NCBI GenBank assembly: GCA_045537905.1
Contig: JAZSQJ010000015.1
Location: forward strand, 3,574 to 67,573
Direction of reading: 5' to 3'
DNA length: 64,000 nucleotides
Source of the DNA: Eubacteriales bacterium
GTDB taxonomy: Bacteria; Bacillota; Clostridia; Oscillospirales; CAG-382
Position 1 is the first letter of the stretch. Each line of letters opens with the position of its first letter. Shown in pieces: positions 17,901 through 26,000 of this stretch. The position numbers were made by a program, and so were the translations under genes. Below the pieces are notes generated by a model. That model saw nothing but the letters and a program-made list of their open reading frames with translations, was not told the DNA's origin and ran no database searches.

Positions 17901-20900
17901 ATGCGAAACGTTACCGTAGACGAAAACTATGCGGGGCGTATAGGCGGCGGTTTGTTCTTTAACCGTGGTAACGAAGAAGGCACTTTGCTTATCGAAAGCG
18001 GCACTGTAAGCAACAACTATACAGCCACTCCCGCTTCTAACCCCAACAACACACAATATCTTGGCGGCGGTATTTACTTCGGCAACGGAGCAGACGGTAC
18101 GCTTCCTTGCCACGCAGTTCTTGGAGGCGGAAGTACGCCCCTTAACATATTCGGCAACCGTTCTCTCAGAGGTGGCGGTATATGTGTAGATGACGGTGGC
18201 GGGCAACCGACAACCGTTGTGCTTAATTCGGGCGTTAATATTTATGACAATACCGCTTTGGATACTATGGAAAGCGGTATGGGCGGCGGCGGCCTTTACA
18301 TCTCCCCCAGCGGTCACGTTACCATGAACGAGGGTGCTACCATCGGCGGCACCTCCCTTGAAAACGGCAACAAGGCGAAATACGGTGCAGGCGTTCAGAT
18401 AAACCGCGGCACCTTTATCCAAAACGGCGGTAGCATTCAGTACAATACGGCTACTTATTACGCAGGCGGCGTTTACGTTATAGACACCACTTTCGTAATG
18501 AACGGCGGTACCAACAAGGGTAACTATGCCCAAGAAATAGGCGGCGGTGTTTACGTTTCTACCGGCAGTACGTTTGAGCTTAAGACAGGGGCTATGCTTA
18601 CCGAAAACAAGGCAAACTACGGCGGCGGTGTTTACGTAAATGGCACTATGACTATGAGCGGCGGCTCCATAGGCAATGTTACTACCGACTCCAACATTGC
18701 AACCTATGGCGGCGGTGTTTGCGTTGCCGAAAGCGGCGTGTTTAATATGTCCGGCGGCTCTATTAAAAACAACGTTTACACGGAAGGTGCTGCTTTTAAT
18801 ATGAACTACGGCGGCGGTGTTTCCGTATTTGGTACCTTTAATATGTCCGGCGGCGAGATAACGGGCAACCAAGTTACCGGCTTGGGCGGCGGCGTTATTA
18901 TAGACGAGCATAACGACAGCAATACCCCTACCGCATCCTTCGTTATGACGGGCGGCTCTATAACAAACAACGGTAATTTAGCAACAACGGACGCAGGCAA
19001 CGGCGGCGGTATATGGGTAGGCACCTGCCTGACCTTCAAGATAGAAGGTAACGGTACAAACAACCCCGTTATAAGCGGCAATACCACCTCGGCTACAAAA
19101 GCCAACGCCAACGGTGCCGGTATGTTTATCAACCGTAGCGTTACCAACCCGATAATAATTAAAAACTGTACGATAAGCGATAACATTTGTAACGGCAACC
19201 AAAGCAAGGGCGGCGGTATATGCTTCAGCAATACGGGTTTGGTTAGCGACAACACCGCTACTATCGAAAACGTGGTATTTGACGGCAACGAGGCTGCTAT
19301 CGGCGGCGGTATCTCCATAAACGGTAACAGCGGCTATTCTTACGGTATAACCGTTACAATGGACGGACTTACCGTTAACGATAACGAAGCAACCAACGGT
19401 GAAGGCGGCGGCATACACGTTAGCGGCAATATTGCTAAGGTTTCACTCAGCGATTCTGCAGTAACCAATAACACTGCAAACGGTTGCGGCGGCGGTATAT
19501 ACCTGTTTGAGGCTAAGGGCATCTCCGGTGACGCCGTTTCCTTCTCCAACGTTGAAGTGAACGGTAATACAGCCACCGGCACCGACTCTTTTGGTGGCGG
19601 CTTGGTTGTGGATACCGTTGTTGTAAACCTTACGGGCAACAACGAAATCAACCAAAACACAGCTAATGCTTGGGGCGGCGGTTTGATAGTACGTGCCTCA
19701 GGAGGCACGGGAGTGGCGGAGGTCAATATCAATATGACCGATGCAGGCACCACGACAATAAACAACAACACGGTTGGCAAATATGGTGGCGGTGTTCACG
19801 TTGCTAACGTAGGTACCTCACGCTTCAATATGAGGGGCGGTGAAATATGCGGCAACACCTCCAACAATGCCTCCGGCGGCGGCATTGACACCCAGGGCAT
19901 TACCACTCTTAACGGTACGACTATATCCGATAACACGGCTAAAAACGGCGGCAATATCGCTTTTGGCGGCGGCGTTGTCACCAGAGGAGAGATAAGTAAC
20001 CTCACTCTCACAAACTGCACCGTAAGCGGCAACACCGCTCAATACGGTGGTGGTGTAACGGTAACCGAATTTGCACAGGCTACAATTAACGGCGGCACTG
20101 TAAGCGGCAACACCGCAGACGAGGCAGGCGGAATTTTGGTATATAATAACAGCTCTGCAACAGCTTCCGGTCTTACGGTAAGCGGCAATACCACCACTGC
20201 CGGCGACGGCGGCGGTGTGTTGGTTACCATAAATAGCTCTCTTGAAATGGAAAACAGCTTTATCTACGGTAACAGTGCATCGGGTAGCTATGAGGGTGAG
20301 ACTGCATACGTTGCAGAGAATAGCCTTGTAGGTGCAGGCGGCGGCGTTGCGGTTTTTGACAGCTCCTCGTTTACTCTTACAAGCGGCGGTATTTACAACA
20401 ACCTGGCTTCTACAGCAGGCGACGATGTTTTTGCCAACGGCAGCGATACCAAGCTTGATCTGCCTTCAGCCTCGGATATGGATACCGCACATCTTGTAAA
20501 GGAAAACTCTGATGATGTTTACTGTTGGGTAGAGGACTACATGAACGGTGATACAAGCTACACCTCGGGTCTTAACGGTAGCAACGGCAGAATAGTAATG
20601 AGATACAGACAAACTCCTGCTTCTGTCAGTGCTTTTACAAGTAATCTTGAGGGTACTTCTCCCGTTGGAAAATACATAAATGACGAGGACAGGTTTGTAG
20701 CTATAACCTTTGGCGTACCCAAGTACAACGTAGGCTCTGTTGCCATAACGGCTCCTCATAGTGATGATCCCAACCAGCGTTTTGTGTTTACTTTAAGCGG
20801 CGTTAACACCTTAGGTGAATCCATAAACATCACCGTAAGTGCCCTCAGTGACCAAACAATAGTTATAACTGAGCTCATTTCCGGTACCTACACCATAGTT

Positions 20901-21173
20901 CAGAATGATGATTGGTCGTGGAGATATGAGTTCACCAATGCCAGAGTTGACGACAGCACCGACAGTGGCACTAACTCGGTTACTGTAACCATAACGGGTA
21001 CGGAGCTTGAGGAAATTCACACTGTAGAGTACACCAACAGCCTAACAAATAATAAGTGGCTAAGTCATAACAGCGTGGGTAAGGTGAATATACCGCCCGA
21101 TACGGTGCGTGACGATCCGGCGCTTGCGGCAAGCACCTTCTTGATCCCCAACAAGCGCTTTTACACAGTTTAA
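14985..21173 (+). CDS. giant (2062 aa) secreted parallel-beta-helix repeat protein (polymorphic-membrane-protein/PMP-type GGxIY repeats) with C-terminal prealbumin-like (SpaA/Cna-B-like) domain
   Basis: Signal peptide MKITRTTAVFLCITMLFALFTGGVYA, then a Thr/Pro/Asn-rich linker. Dozens of ~25-30-aa repeats of the form N-x-A-x(2,4)-GGG(I/V)Y follow. The C-terminal FVFTLSGVNTLGESINITVSALSDQTIVITELISGTYTIVQNDDWSWRY resembles a Cna-B/SpaA-like fold. No LPXTG, dockerin or SLH module was seen. Confidence 0.85.
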   Translation: MKITRTTAVFLCITMLFALFTGGVYAEDGVTYIDETTLVIEDGKVVSGDKSLIENGIVVIGDNASSGADCDDPSEEDTFGNEDPSVKIDTQTSGAEIVPDSSLPATETVTTEQTESQSSKQPVKDNSALTAPTVKPDTNTNTNTETKLPTETPTAVNPNVPQEGAKGSCYINYPSLGATLEGTTIYLYEADQEYVYVYQTQKVQKSSGTISSLTYQTSNTIAVFYRLKDAHSSRGPDGTGTFSGIMFDVIEGKTFNLVGSSTYDIRIDGRLCSSQATGASSFLPSSPTAVSRTNPQVSVPLMRVSGSNAKLNLTYVTLRNSNATGNGGGVRVGDGGTLKMTNCTIDNCDTTGNGGGIYIASGGSVDLNNVTIKNCNAAYGGAIYIAGDCTLKMNTVTIESNTAENSGKTDGNGGGMWIGASDTGLTIGSTVTFDNNTANNNGGAIALARKRKLTINGAEFKNNDAKKGGAISVYSADDAGDPTLILDLGKIHDNTASEAGGGVYIAAGTGHQLNNTSSTVNNSSIYNNSAPKGGGICVVKTSFTGVSNGKITLNKGKIYGNNKSRTDTNYGGGVYVDNGGTVDLKGTIIGADSTTNGNKAAHGAGVYVASGGTFTMNSGEIKYNTATVNGGGIYSLGQTNLNIKGGTISYNEATQNGGGIYVAGTNAGGVRIVGESGDISIHHNKSKDSGTGGGGGLCFSNHSSEEGVEYPVTGVVIGGGSNAVNIYSNEAIYGGGVRTLNSGYGLISVEIKNNVNIYSNTATAGETSTYKGGGGIFVGGNSELVIDGADIYNNIASFYGAGMVIAGGEVTFKSGNIRNHTVIHSGGGIEMMSRGSFTMTGGDIKENSANDGGGIHFDGTFTVTLSGGNIMNNTASQRGGGVAQGSGELTVSGTTIKDNTAHNGGGVYTNGGSLTVSGGFITSNDATYGGGVHIDDNTDKTKTVVFSGGTINENTAVYNGGGVWIGVFARFTMRNVTVDENYAGRIGGGLFFNRGNEEGTLLIESGTVSNNYTATPASNPNNTQYLGGGIYFGNGADGTLPCHAVLGGGSTPLNIFGNRSLRGGGICVDDGGGQPTTVVLNSGVNIYDNTALDTMESGMGGGGLYISPSGHVTMNEGATIGGTSLENGNKAKYGAGVQINRGTFIQNGGSIQYNTATYYAGGVYVIDTTFVMNGGTNKGNYAQEIGGGVYVSTGSTFELKTGAMLTENKANYGGGVYVNGTMTMSGGSIGNVTTDSNIATYGGGVCVAESGVFNMSGGSIKNNVYTEGAAFNMNYGGGVSVFGTFNMSGGEITGNQVTGLGGGVIIDEHNDSNTPTASFVMTGGSITNNGNLATTDAGNGGGIWVGTCLTFKIEGNGTNNPVISGNTTSATKANANGAGMFINRSVTNPIIIKNCTISDNICNGNQSKGGGICFSNTGLVSDNTATIENVVFDGNEAAIGGGISINGNSGYSYGITVTMDGLTVNDNEATNGEGGGIHVSGNIAKVSLSDSAVTNNTANGCGGGIYLFEAKGISGDAVSFSNVEVNGNTATGTDSFGGGLVVDTVVVNLTGNNEINQNTANAWGGGLIVRASGGTGVAEVNINMTDAGTTTINNNTVGKYGGGVHVANVGTSRFNMRGGEICGNTSNNASGGGIDTQGITTLNGTTISDNTAKNGGNIAFGGGVVTRGEISNLTLTNCTVSGNTAQYGGGVTVTEFAQATINGGTVSGNTADEAGGILVYNNSSATASGLTVSGNTTTAGDGGGVLVTINSSLEMENSFIYGNSASGSYEGETAYVAENSLVGAGGGVAVFDSSSFTLTSGGIYNNLASTAGDDVFANGSDTKLDLPSASDMDTAHLVKENSDDVYCWVEDYMNGDTSYTSGLNGSNGRIVMRYRQTPASVSAFTSNLEGTSPVGKYINDEDRFVAITFGVPKYNVGSVAITAPHSDDPNQRFVFTLSGVNTLGESINITVSALSDQTIVITELISGTYTIVQNDDWSWRYEFTNARVDDSTDSGTNSVTVTITGTELEEIHTVEYTNSLTNNKWLSHNSVGKVNIPPDTVRDDPALAASTFLIPNKRFYTV

Positions 21174-21200
21174 TTTAAGGGCGTAAAACAGCCTAAAGGG

Positions 21201-21246
21201 GCTGTCTCAAATGCAAGGATTGAGCATTTGAGGCAGCACCTTTTTT
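21201..21246 (+). terminator. intrinsic terminator of the giant gene
   Basis: GCTGTCTCAAATGC / aaggattga / GCATTTGAGGCAGC (one mismatch), followed by caccTTTTTT. Confidence 0.65.
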
Positions 21247-21266
21247 GCATATGAACTGTATAACTA

Positions 21267-21295
21267 TTGCATTGCTTTACCTGATGTGGTATAAT
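21267..21295 (+). promoter_or_regulatory. putative sigma-A promoter of the XRE regulator gene
   Basis: TTGCAT (21267-21272), 17-nt spacer, TGgTATAAT (TATAAT at 21290-21295). Confidence 0.5.
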
Positions 21296-21335
21296 GGTTG
21301 TCGCTGATACGGCAAATTTACACACGGAGGGGAAT

Positions 21336-21845
21336 ATGGCGCGAGCTTCTACAAAACAGAACAAAAACGTATACCACACTACCAGAGAGGCTTTGGGACT
21401 GACCCGTGAGAGCGCAAGCGAGCTTTTGGGGTGTCTTCCTCCCGAGAGGATAGAGAAAATTGAAAACGAGCGTTCTACACCCCGTCCCGACGAGGTTTTG
21501 CTGATGGCGGAAAAGTATAAGGCTCCTACCCTTTGCAACTACTATTGCTCCAACCAGTGCCCTATAGGTAAGCAGTACGTGCCGTCTATAAAACCCAAGG
21601 CACTGTCCCAGATAGTGCTGGAGATGCTTGCCTCCCTTAATTCTATGAACAAGCAGAAGGAGCGTCTTATAGAGATAACTGCCGACGGTGAGATAGAGGG
21701 CGAGGAGCTTAAGGATTTTGTCGCCATACAAAAGGAGCTGGAGCGTATCTCCGTTACGGTGGAGACCCTGCAGCTTTGGGTGGAGCAGATGCTTGCCACA
21801 GGCAGGATAGATGCGGACAAGTACAAAACAGTAACAAGTGAATAA
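21336..21845 (+). CDS. XRE-family helix-turn-helix transcriptional regulator with Cys-rich linker and coiled-coil tail
   Basis: GGAGGGG lies 5 nt upstream of the ATG at 21336. HTH region TTREALGLTRESASELLGCLPPERIEKIENERSTPRPDEVLLMAE. Cys motif LCNYYCSNQCPIG. The C-terminal half is heptad-like. Confidence 0.8.
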   Translation: MARASTKQNKNVYHTTREALGLTRESASELLGCLPPERIEKIENERSTPRPDEVLLMAEKYKAPTLCNYYCSNQCPIGKQYVPSIKPKALSQIVLEMLASLNSMNKQKERLIEITADGEIEGEELKDFVAIQKELERISVTVETLQLWVEQMLATGRIDADKYKTVTSE

Positions 21846-21950
21846 AACCCAAACAGCAAAATAAGGGTGCTTATTTTGCTGTTTTTATCCTTTATTACCC
21901 GCCGTATTTAAGTTATAATACAAAAAAAGGTACATAAAGGAGCTAAAACT

Positions 21951-22364
21951 ATGAAACGCACGGTAATTAATACCCTTACCCTTGTTTTTACTTTAACAAT
22001 ACTTGTTCTGTTCAAGGTCTACGGAGACGGTATGAGTCTCAGTCAAAAAGCGTTTATCCTGATAGTATGTGTAGGTATACTTCTTATCAGGATACTTGGC
22101 GAGCTTTTGTATTTGCGGTATGTGCGCAAGCTGCTTGACACCTCTGCGGCAGACGCCGTTCCCCTTTGGGCGGGGCTTAAAATAATAAAGGACAGCGAAT
22201 TTGCCTGTCCCAACTGCGGCAGCCATTTCAAAAAGAAGTGGTGGCACTATACCTTTTCCTTTTTAAGGCATAGAGCTATTGCCTTGTGCACCTTTGGTAA
22301 AACCAATTTCCGTTGCCCCCATTGCAAAAAGTTTGACACCTGTGTTAAAGTCCATAAGGACTGA
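21951..22364 (+). CDS. small membrane protein with C-terminal zinc-ribbon (CPNC...CPHC)
   Basis: AAGGAG RBS. Two hydrophobic helices are followed by CPNCGSHF...FRCPHCKKF. Confidence 0.6.
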   Translation: MKRTVINTLTLVFTLTILVLFKVYGDGMSLSQKAFILIVCVGILLIRILGELLYLRYVRKLLDTSAADAVPLWAGLKIIKDSEFACPNCGSHFKKKWWHYTFSFLRHRAIALCTFGKTNFRCPHCKKFDTCVKVHKD

Positions 22365-22405
22365 CAGGAAAGGGGGATAAATCGTCTTGTAAAGGACTTA
22401 ATTCT

Positions 22406-22939
22406 ATGAAGAAAGAAATTTTAACTACCGAAAACATCAAAAAGGATTTAAGTAGACACTTTTTTAACAGAATAAAAAAATTTCCGATCGCGCTGACTGT
22501 GTGTATAGCTGTGACGTATGCCGGTTCATCTTTCCATCAGGGAAGGTCATTTGAAAACAAACTCGTAATTGTTCTTTTAGCTATTAGTTTAATAATGATA
22601 TCTTACGCTTTGGTAACAATTATTATAGGTTTAATTCAAACCAAAAAGGGGAAATTTACAATTACAACGGACTGGGTTGTTGATAAAGCGGGCGTGGTAG
22701 GCGGAAGCTCTGCCAGAGGTACAATAACGTACAGGCTTATATTTGCTAAAAGCGGTGCGTGTGACATACCATTCGGCATAAATTATCAGTGGTCAAAGAT
22801 GTTTGCAACATCAGCCGAAACGCTTTATGAACATACTGAGATAAACGAGGAGTTTTACGTGATACACTTGGGGAAAAAGAACGTTATGGCGTACAGGAAA
22901 AAGCATTTTGAGCTTGAAAACTTGCAGGTATCGCAATAA
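22406..22939 (+). CDS. hypothetical 2-TM membrane protein (paralog A of tandem pair)
   Basis: It has an RBS and two TM helices. Shared paralog motifs are KFTITTDWVV, YQWSKMFATSAETLYEHTEINEEFYVI and YRKKHFEL. Confidence 0.65.
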   Translation: MKKEILTTENIKKDLSRHFFNRIKKFPIALTVCIAVTYAGSSFHQGRSFENKLVIVLLAISLIMISYALVTIIIGLIQTKKGKFTITTDWVVDKAGVVGGSSARGTITYRLIFAKSGACDIPFGINYQWSKMFATSAETLYEHTEINEEFYVIHLGKKNVMAYRKKHFELENLQVSQ

Positions 22940-22977
22940 ATAAGCCAAAGCATATCCTATTGTAAGGGGGCTGTTTT

Positions 22978-23547
22978 ATGAAAAAAGAAATTTTAACTAT
23001 CGAAAACATCAAAAAGGATTTAAGAGCCGTCTTTTATAGCAGCTTCAAATCTAAGCCTCTGTATATTTTGATGTTACTGCTCTTATATTTTATTATGAAG
23101 GTCTATTTGTTGATTCTTTTTGATCCGAGTGATTCGTTCAAAACCAAATTCGCTATTATTTTTTGGACCATTTGTATTATCGGATTCGCTTATGATCTGA
23201 TAAATCAAGTTATATGTTTAAGGAAGATCAAAAACGGAAATTTTACAATTACGTCGGATTGGGTTGTTGAAAAAAAGAACAAGAGATATGGTTTTAGGAT
23301 TTTTGGGATAAGATTTTTCCCAAAACATAATAGATTTATTTTTGCTAAAATCGGTGAGTATCCCGTAACAGCCGGCAAATGGTATAAGTGGTCCGAAATG
23401 TTTGCAACAACGGGTAGAGTCCTTTATGAAAACACCGATATAAACGAGGATTTTTACATAATAAGCATTGAGGATATCCTTGGGAATATACATAATCTTG
23501 TAGTGTACAGGAAAAAACATTTTGAATTAAAAGAGCAACTCGCATGA
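22978..23547 (+). CDS. hypothetical 2-TM membrane protein (paralog B of tandem pair)
   Basis: AAGGGGG RBS and the same architecture as 22406-22939. Motifs are NFTITSDWVV, YKWSEMFATTGRVLYENTDINEDFYII and YRKKHFEL. Confidence 0.65.
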   Translation: MKKEILTIENIKKDLRAVFYSSFKSKPLYILMLLLLYFIMKVYLLILFDPSDSFKTKFAIIFWTICIIGFAYDLINQVICLRKIKNGNFTITSDWVVEKKNKRYGFRIFGIRFFPKHNRFIFAKIGEYPVTAGKWYKWSEMFATTGRVLYENTDINEDFYIISIEDILGNIHNLVVYRKKHFELKEQLA

Positions 23548-23572
23548 TTTTTCTATAAGAAAGGGAAATGCT

Positions 23573-24037
23573 ATGTACAGTGTAGAAGAAGGCAACGATG
23601 ACCTCAGAAGAAAAGAGCTGTTCAGCATAACAACTATGCTTATATCTACTGCAGTTTTGGCGATTTTTATTTGGGCAACGGTGTTAAGATACGGTATAAG
23701 CGGCCCCTATGTGGTTATTTATGCATTGTGGTTTTTCCTTAGCCTACGGTATACAAGGGGTTACCTCTTTTTAACTCCCCGTAAGCGTTACGGTACCGTA
23801 ACGGCTATAAAGGATTTTAAGGAAACCCAGTATAGCGAAAACGGCGGTGCGGGCAGGCGTTACCAAAGAAGATATGCCATTATAACCGAGTGTACCCTTA
23901 GCGTAGCCTTTGACGGCGGCAAAACGGGCGACTTTGTTTTTGTTTACAAGGGCGAGCTTAAAAAACTAAACCTTGGCGACCGTATCGGTATATTCCGTTT
24001 TCTGAAAATGCCCGTGTGGGAAACAAATCCCAAGTAA
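23573..24037 (+). CDS. hypothetical 2-TM membrane protein
   Basis: Two N-terminal hydrophobic helices, then a small beta-rich soluble segment (GTVTAIKDFKETQYSENGG...). It is on the same strand and closely spaced with its neighbours. Confidence 0.55.
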   Translation: MYSVEEGNDDLRRKELFSITTMLISTAVLAIFIWATVLRYGISGPYVVIYALWFFLSLRYTRGYLFLTPRKRYGTVTAIKDFKETQYSENGGAGRRYQRRYAIITECTLSVAFDGGKTGDFVFVYKGELKKLNLGDRIGIFRFLKMPVWETNPK

Positions 24038-24156
24038 GCTTTTGGTAAAAAACAAACCCAAGGGGGTAAACAAAAATGGCAAAAAGGCTTTCTGCGGGCA
24101 GCAGAGCTTAACGTAGCGGATAGATATTTTTGTAAATACGATAAGGAAGAATAAAT

Positions 24157-24579
24157 ATGCTTGTAGATATATGCATCGTCTCCGCCGTGTTACTGGTAGG
24201 GCTGTACTATCTGACAATAGCAATTTTGGGTCTGTTTCCAAAGTTCAGAGCTACGGCAGTGGGCACCTTAAGCAAGGCAAAGACCTATAAACACGTTCCG
24301 AAAAGACACGGCGGCACGATTCCTCATTTAACCAAATACGTATATCTGTATACCGTCAACGGAAAGGTTTACCGTCATAAGGGAGAGGGGCGTTATTCCA
24401 AACGCCGTCTTCATCCCAAAGGACAAATAGTGTATGTAAAAGGTTTTCCACGCCACGCTTATCTTAATAAGTTCAGAGGGGAAAAGGAATGGATATGGGG
24501 CGTGACATTGCTTATTTGCGGATTGATGTTGCTTGTGGTATTGTTTCGCAATTTTTCGGAGGGTTATTATAATATATAA
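24157..24579 (+). CDS. DUF3592-like membrane protein (TM - beta domain - TM)
   Basis: AAGGAAG RBS. TM1 is VSAVLLVGLYYLTIAILGLF. The central segment ATAVGTLSKAKTYKH...YLYTVNGKVYRHKGEG is typical of DUF3592 architecture. TM2 is WIWGVTLLICGLMLLVVLF. Confidence 0.55.
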   Translation: MLVDICIVSAVLLVGLYYLTIAILGLFPKFRATAVGTLSKAKTYKHVPKRHGGTIPHLTKYVYLYTVNGKVYRHKGEGRYSKRRLHPKGQIVYVKGFPRHAYLNKFRGEKEWIWGVTLLICGLMLLVVLFRNFSEGYYNI

Positions 24580-24707
24580 AGTAAAAGGGTAAAATTTTTG
24601 CATATTTATGTGAGAAATTTACCCTTTTCAACCGTCTAATAAGTAAAGGGGGCGAAAGTACCCTCGATACATTAGTAAAGGGATATACTTGAAAGGAGAA
24701 AAGCGGA

Positions 24708-25949
24708 ATGAAAAGAACAAAGCTATTAATAAGCTTGCTGTTGCTATGCGCATTGGCTGTCAATCTGGCAGGCTGTGCAAAGGCAGGGGCAACAAACCTT
24801 ATGGACGGTATAACCCCCCGCTTGTTGGATTTAAGAGTGGACTTAAGTCTACAAAACCCAAACGTAACCGATTTTGCCGTCCGCCTGTTTAAGGCAAGTG
24901 AAGAAAAGGGCAAAAACACTCTTGTCTCTCCCTTATCCGTCCTCAGCGCTTTGGCAATGACCGCCAACGGTGCTCAGGGTGAGACCCTGTCTCAGATGGA
25001 GTCTGTCTTTGGTATCAGATCCAAGGAGCTTAACGAATATATGTACACGTATATGGATACTCTTCCCACGGGAGACAAATACAAGCTAAGCCTTGCAAAC
25101 TCCATCTGGTTTACAGACTCCCTTGATGTAAGCGGTAGCTTTTTGCAGACCAACGGAGATTATTACGGAGCCGATATCTACAAGGCGCCCTTTGACAGTC
25201 AAACCTGCGGTGAAATAAACGCCTGGGTTAAGGAAAAGACCGAGGGGATGATACCCGAAATTATAAAGCAGATACCGGAGCAGACTGTTATGTACCTTAT
25301 AAACGCCCTTGCTTTTGAGGCGGAATGGTTAAGGGTTTACGAAAAAAGCCAGGTAAGTGAGGGCGAGTTTACCAAGGAGGACGGCACCAAGCAGAAGGCT
25401 GATTTTATGCACAGCCAAGAAGGTAGCTATCTGGAGGACGAAAGGGCAACGGGCTTTATAAAATACTACAAGGACAGAAAATACGCTTTTGTAGCTATGC
25501 TCCCCAAGGAGGACGTAAGTCTGTCCGACTACGTTGCATCCCTTCAAGGCGACGCCTTGAATACACTGCTGAAAAATCCCCAATACACAACGGTTTATGC
25601 CTCTATCCCCAAGTTTGAAACCGAGTATAATGCGGAGATGAAGGACGTTTTGAAGGGGATGGGAATGCCCAAAGCCTTTGACCCGCAGGATGCGGAATTT
25701 GGCAGAATGCTGGAAGGAGGCGCGGCAGACCTTCATATCGGCGGAGTGATACACAAAACCTTTATCTCCGTTGGAGAAAAGGGAACCAAGGCAGGTGCGG
25801 CAACGGCTGTGCATATGGATTTGGCAGGGATGGAGACCCCCGAGGAAATCAAGGAGGTAAAGCTGGACAGACCCTTTGTGTATATGCTCATTGATTGCAA
25901 AAACAACGTTCCCTTCTTTATGGGAACGATGAGGGACATAGAAAAGTAA
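24708..25949 (+). CDS. serpin-family protease inhibitor, lipoprotein
   Basis: Lipobox LAGC after a signal peptide. Serpin core motifs NTLVSPLSVLSALAMTANGAQGETL and NALAFEAEWL. Inhibitory-type hinge GEKGTKAGAATAV followed by DRPFVYMLID. Confidence 0.9.
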   Translation: MKRTKLLISLLLLCALAVNLAGCAKAGATNLMDGITPRLLDLRVDLSLQNPNVTDFAVRLFKASEEKGKNTLVSPLSVLSALAMTANGAQGETLSQMESVFGIRSKELNEYMYTYMDTLPTGDKYKLSLANSIWFTDSLDVSGSFLQTNGDYYGADIYKAPFDSQTCGEINAWVKEKTEGMIPEIIKQIPEQTVMYLINALAFEAEWLRVYEKSQVSEGEFTKEDGTKQKADFMHSQEGSYLEDERATGFIKYYKDRKYAFVAMLPKEDVSLSDYVASLQGDALNTLLKNPQYTTVYASIPKFETEYNAEMKDVLKGMGMPKAFDPQDAEFGRMLEGGAADLHIGGVIHKTFISVGEKGTKAGAATAVHMDLAGMETPEEIKEVKLDRPFVYMLIDCKNNVPFFMGTMRDIEK

Positions 25950-25956
25950 TAATAAA

Positions 25957-25980
25957 GGGGTTGCCGTTTTCGGCAACCCC
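25957..25980. terminator. shared hairpin between convergent serpin and adhesin genes
   Basis: GGGGTTGCC / gttttc / GGCAACCCC, flanked by A-rich sequence on the left and T/A-rich sequence on the right. Confidence 0.55.
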
Positions 25981-26000
25981 TTAAAAATGCTTATAAAATA

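Noticed and set aside
17649-18911. 420-aa minus-strand ORF, plus many 60-170-aa ORFs on both strands between 15000 and 21100
   Set aside because: They are shadow ORFs generated by the GGC-GGC-GGT/ACC-rich repeat codons of the giant beta-helix gene. They have no independent start signals.
21336-24579. Prophage or integrative-element remnant
   Set aside because: No integrase, recombinase, terminase, capsid/tail, relaxase or att-like repeat was seen. Only an XRE regulator and small membrane proteins are present, so I report it as an uncharacterised accessory block instead.
24512-24967. 151-aa minus-strand ORF spanning the serpin promoter and start region
   Set aside because: It overlaps the serpin signal peptide in antisense, has no RBS, and gives basic low-complexity translation.
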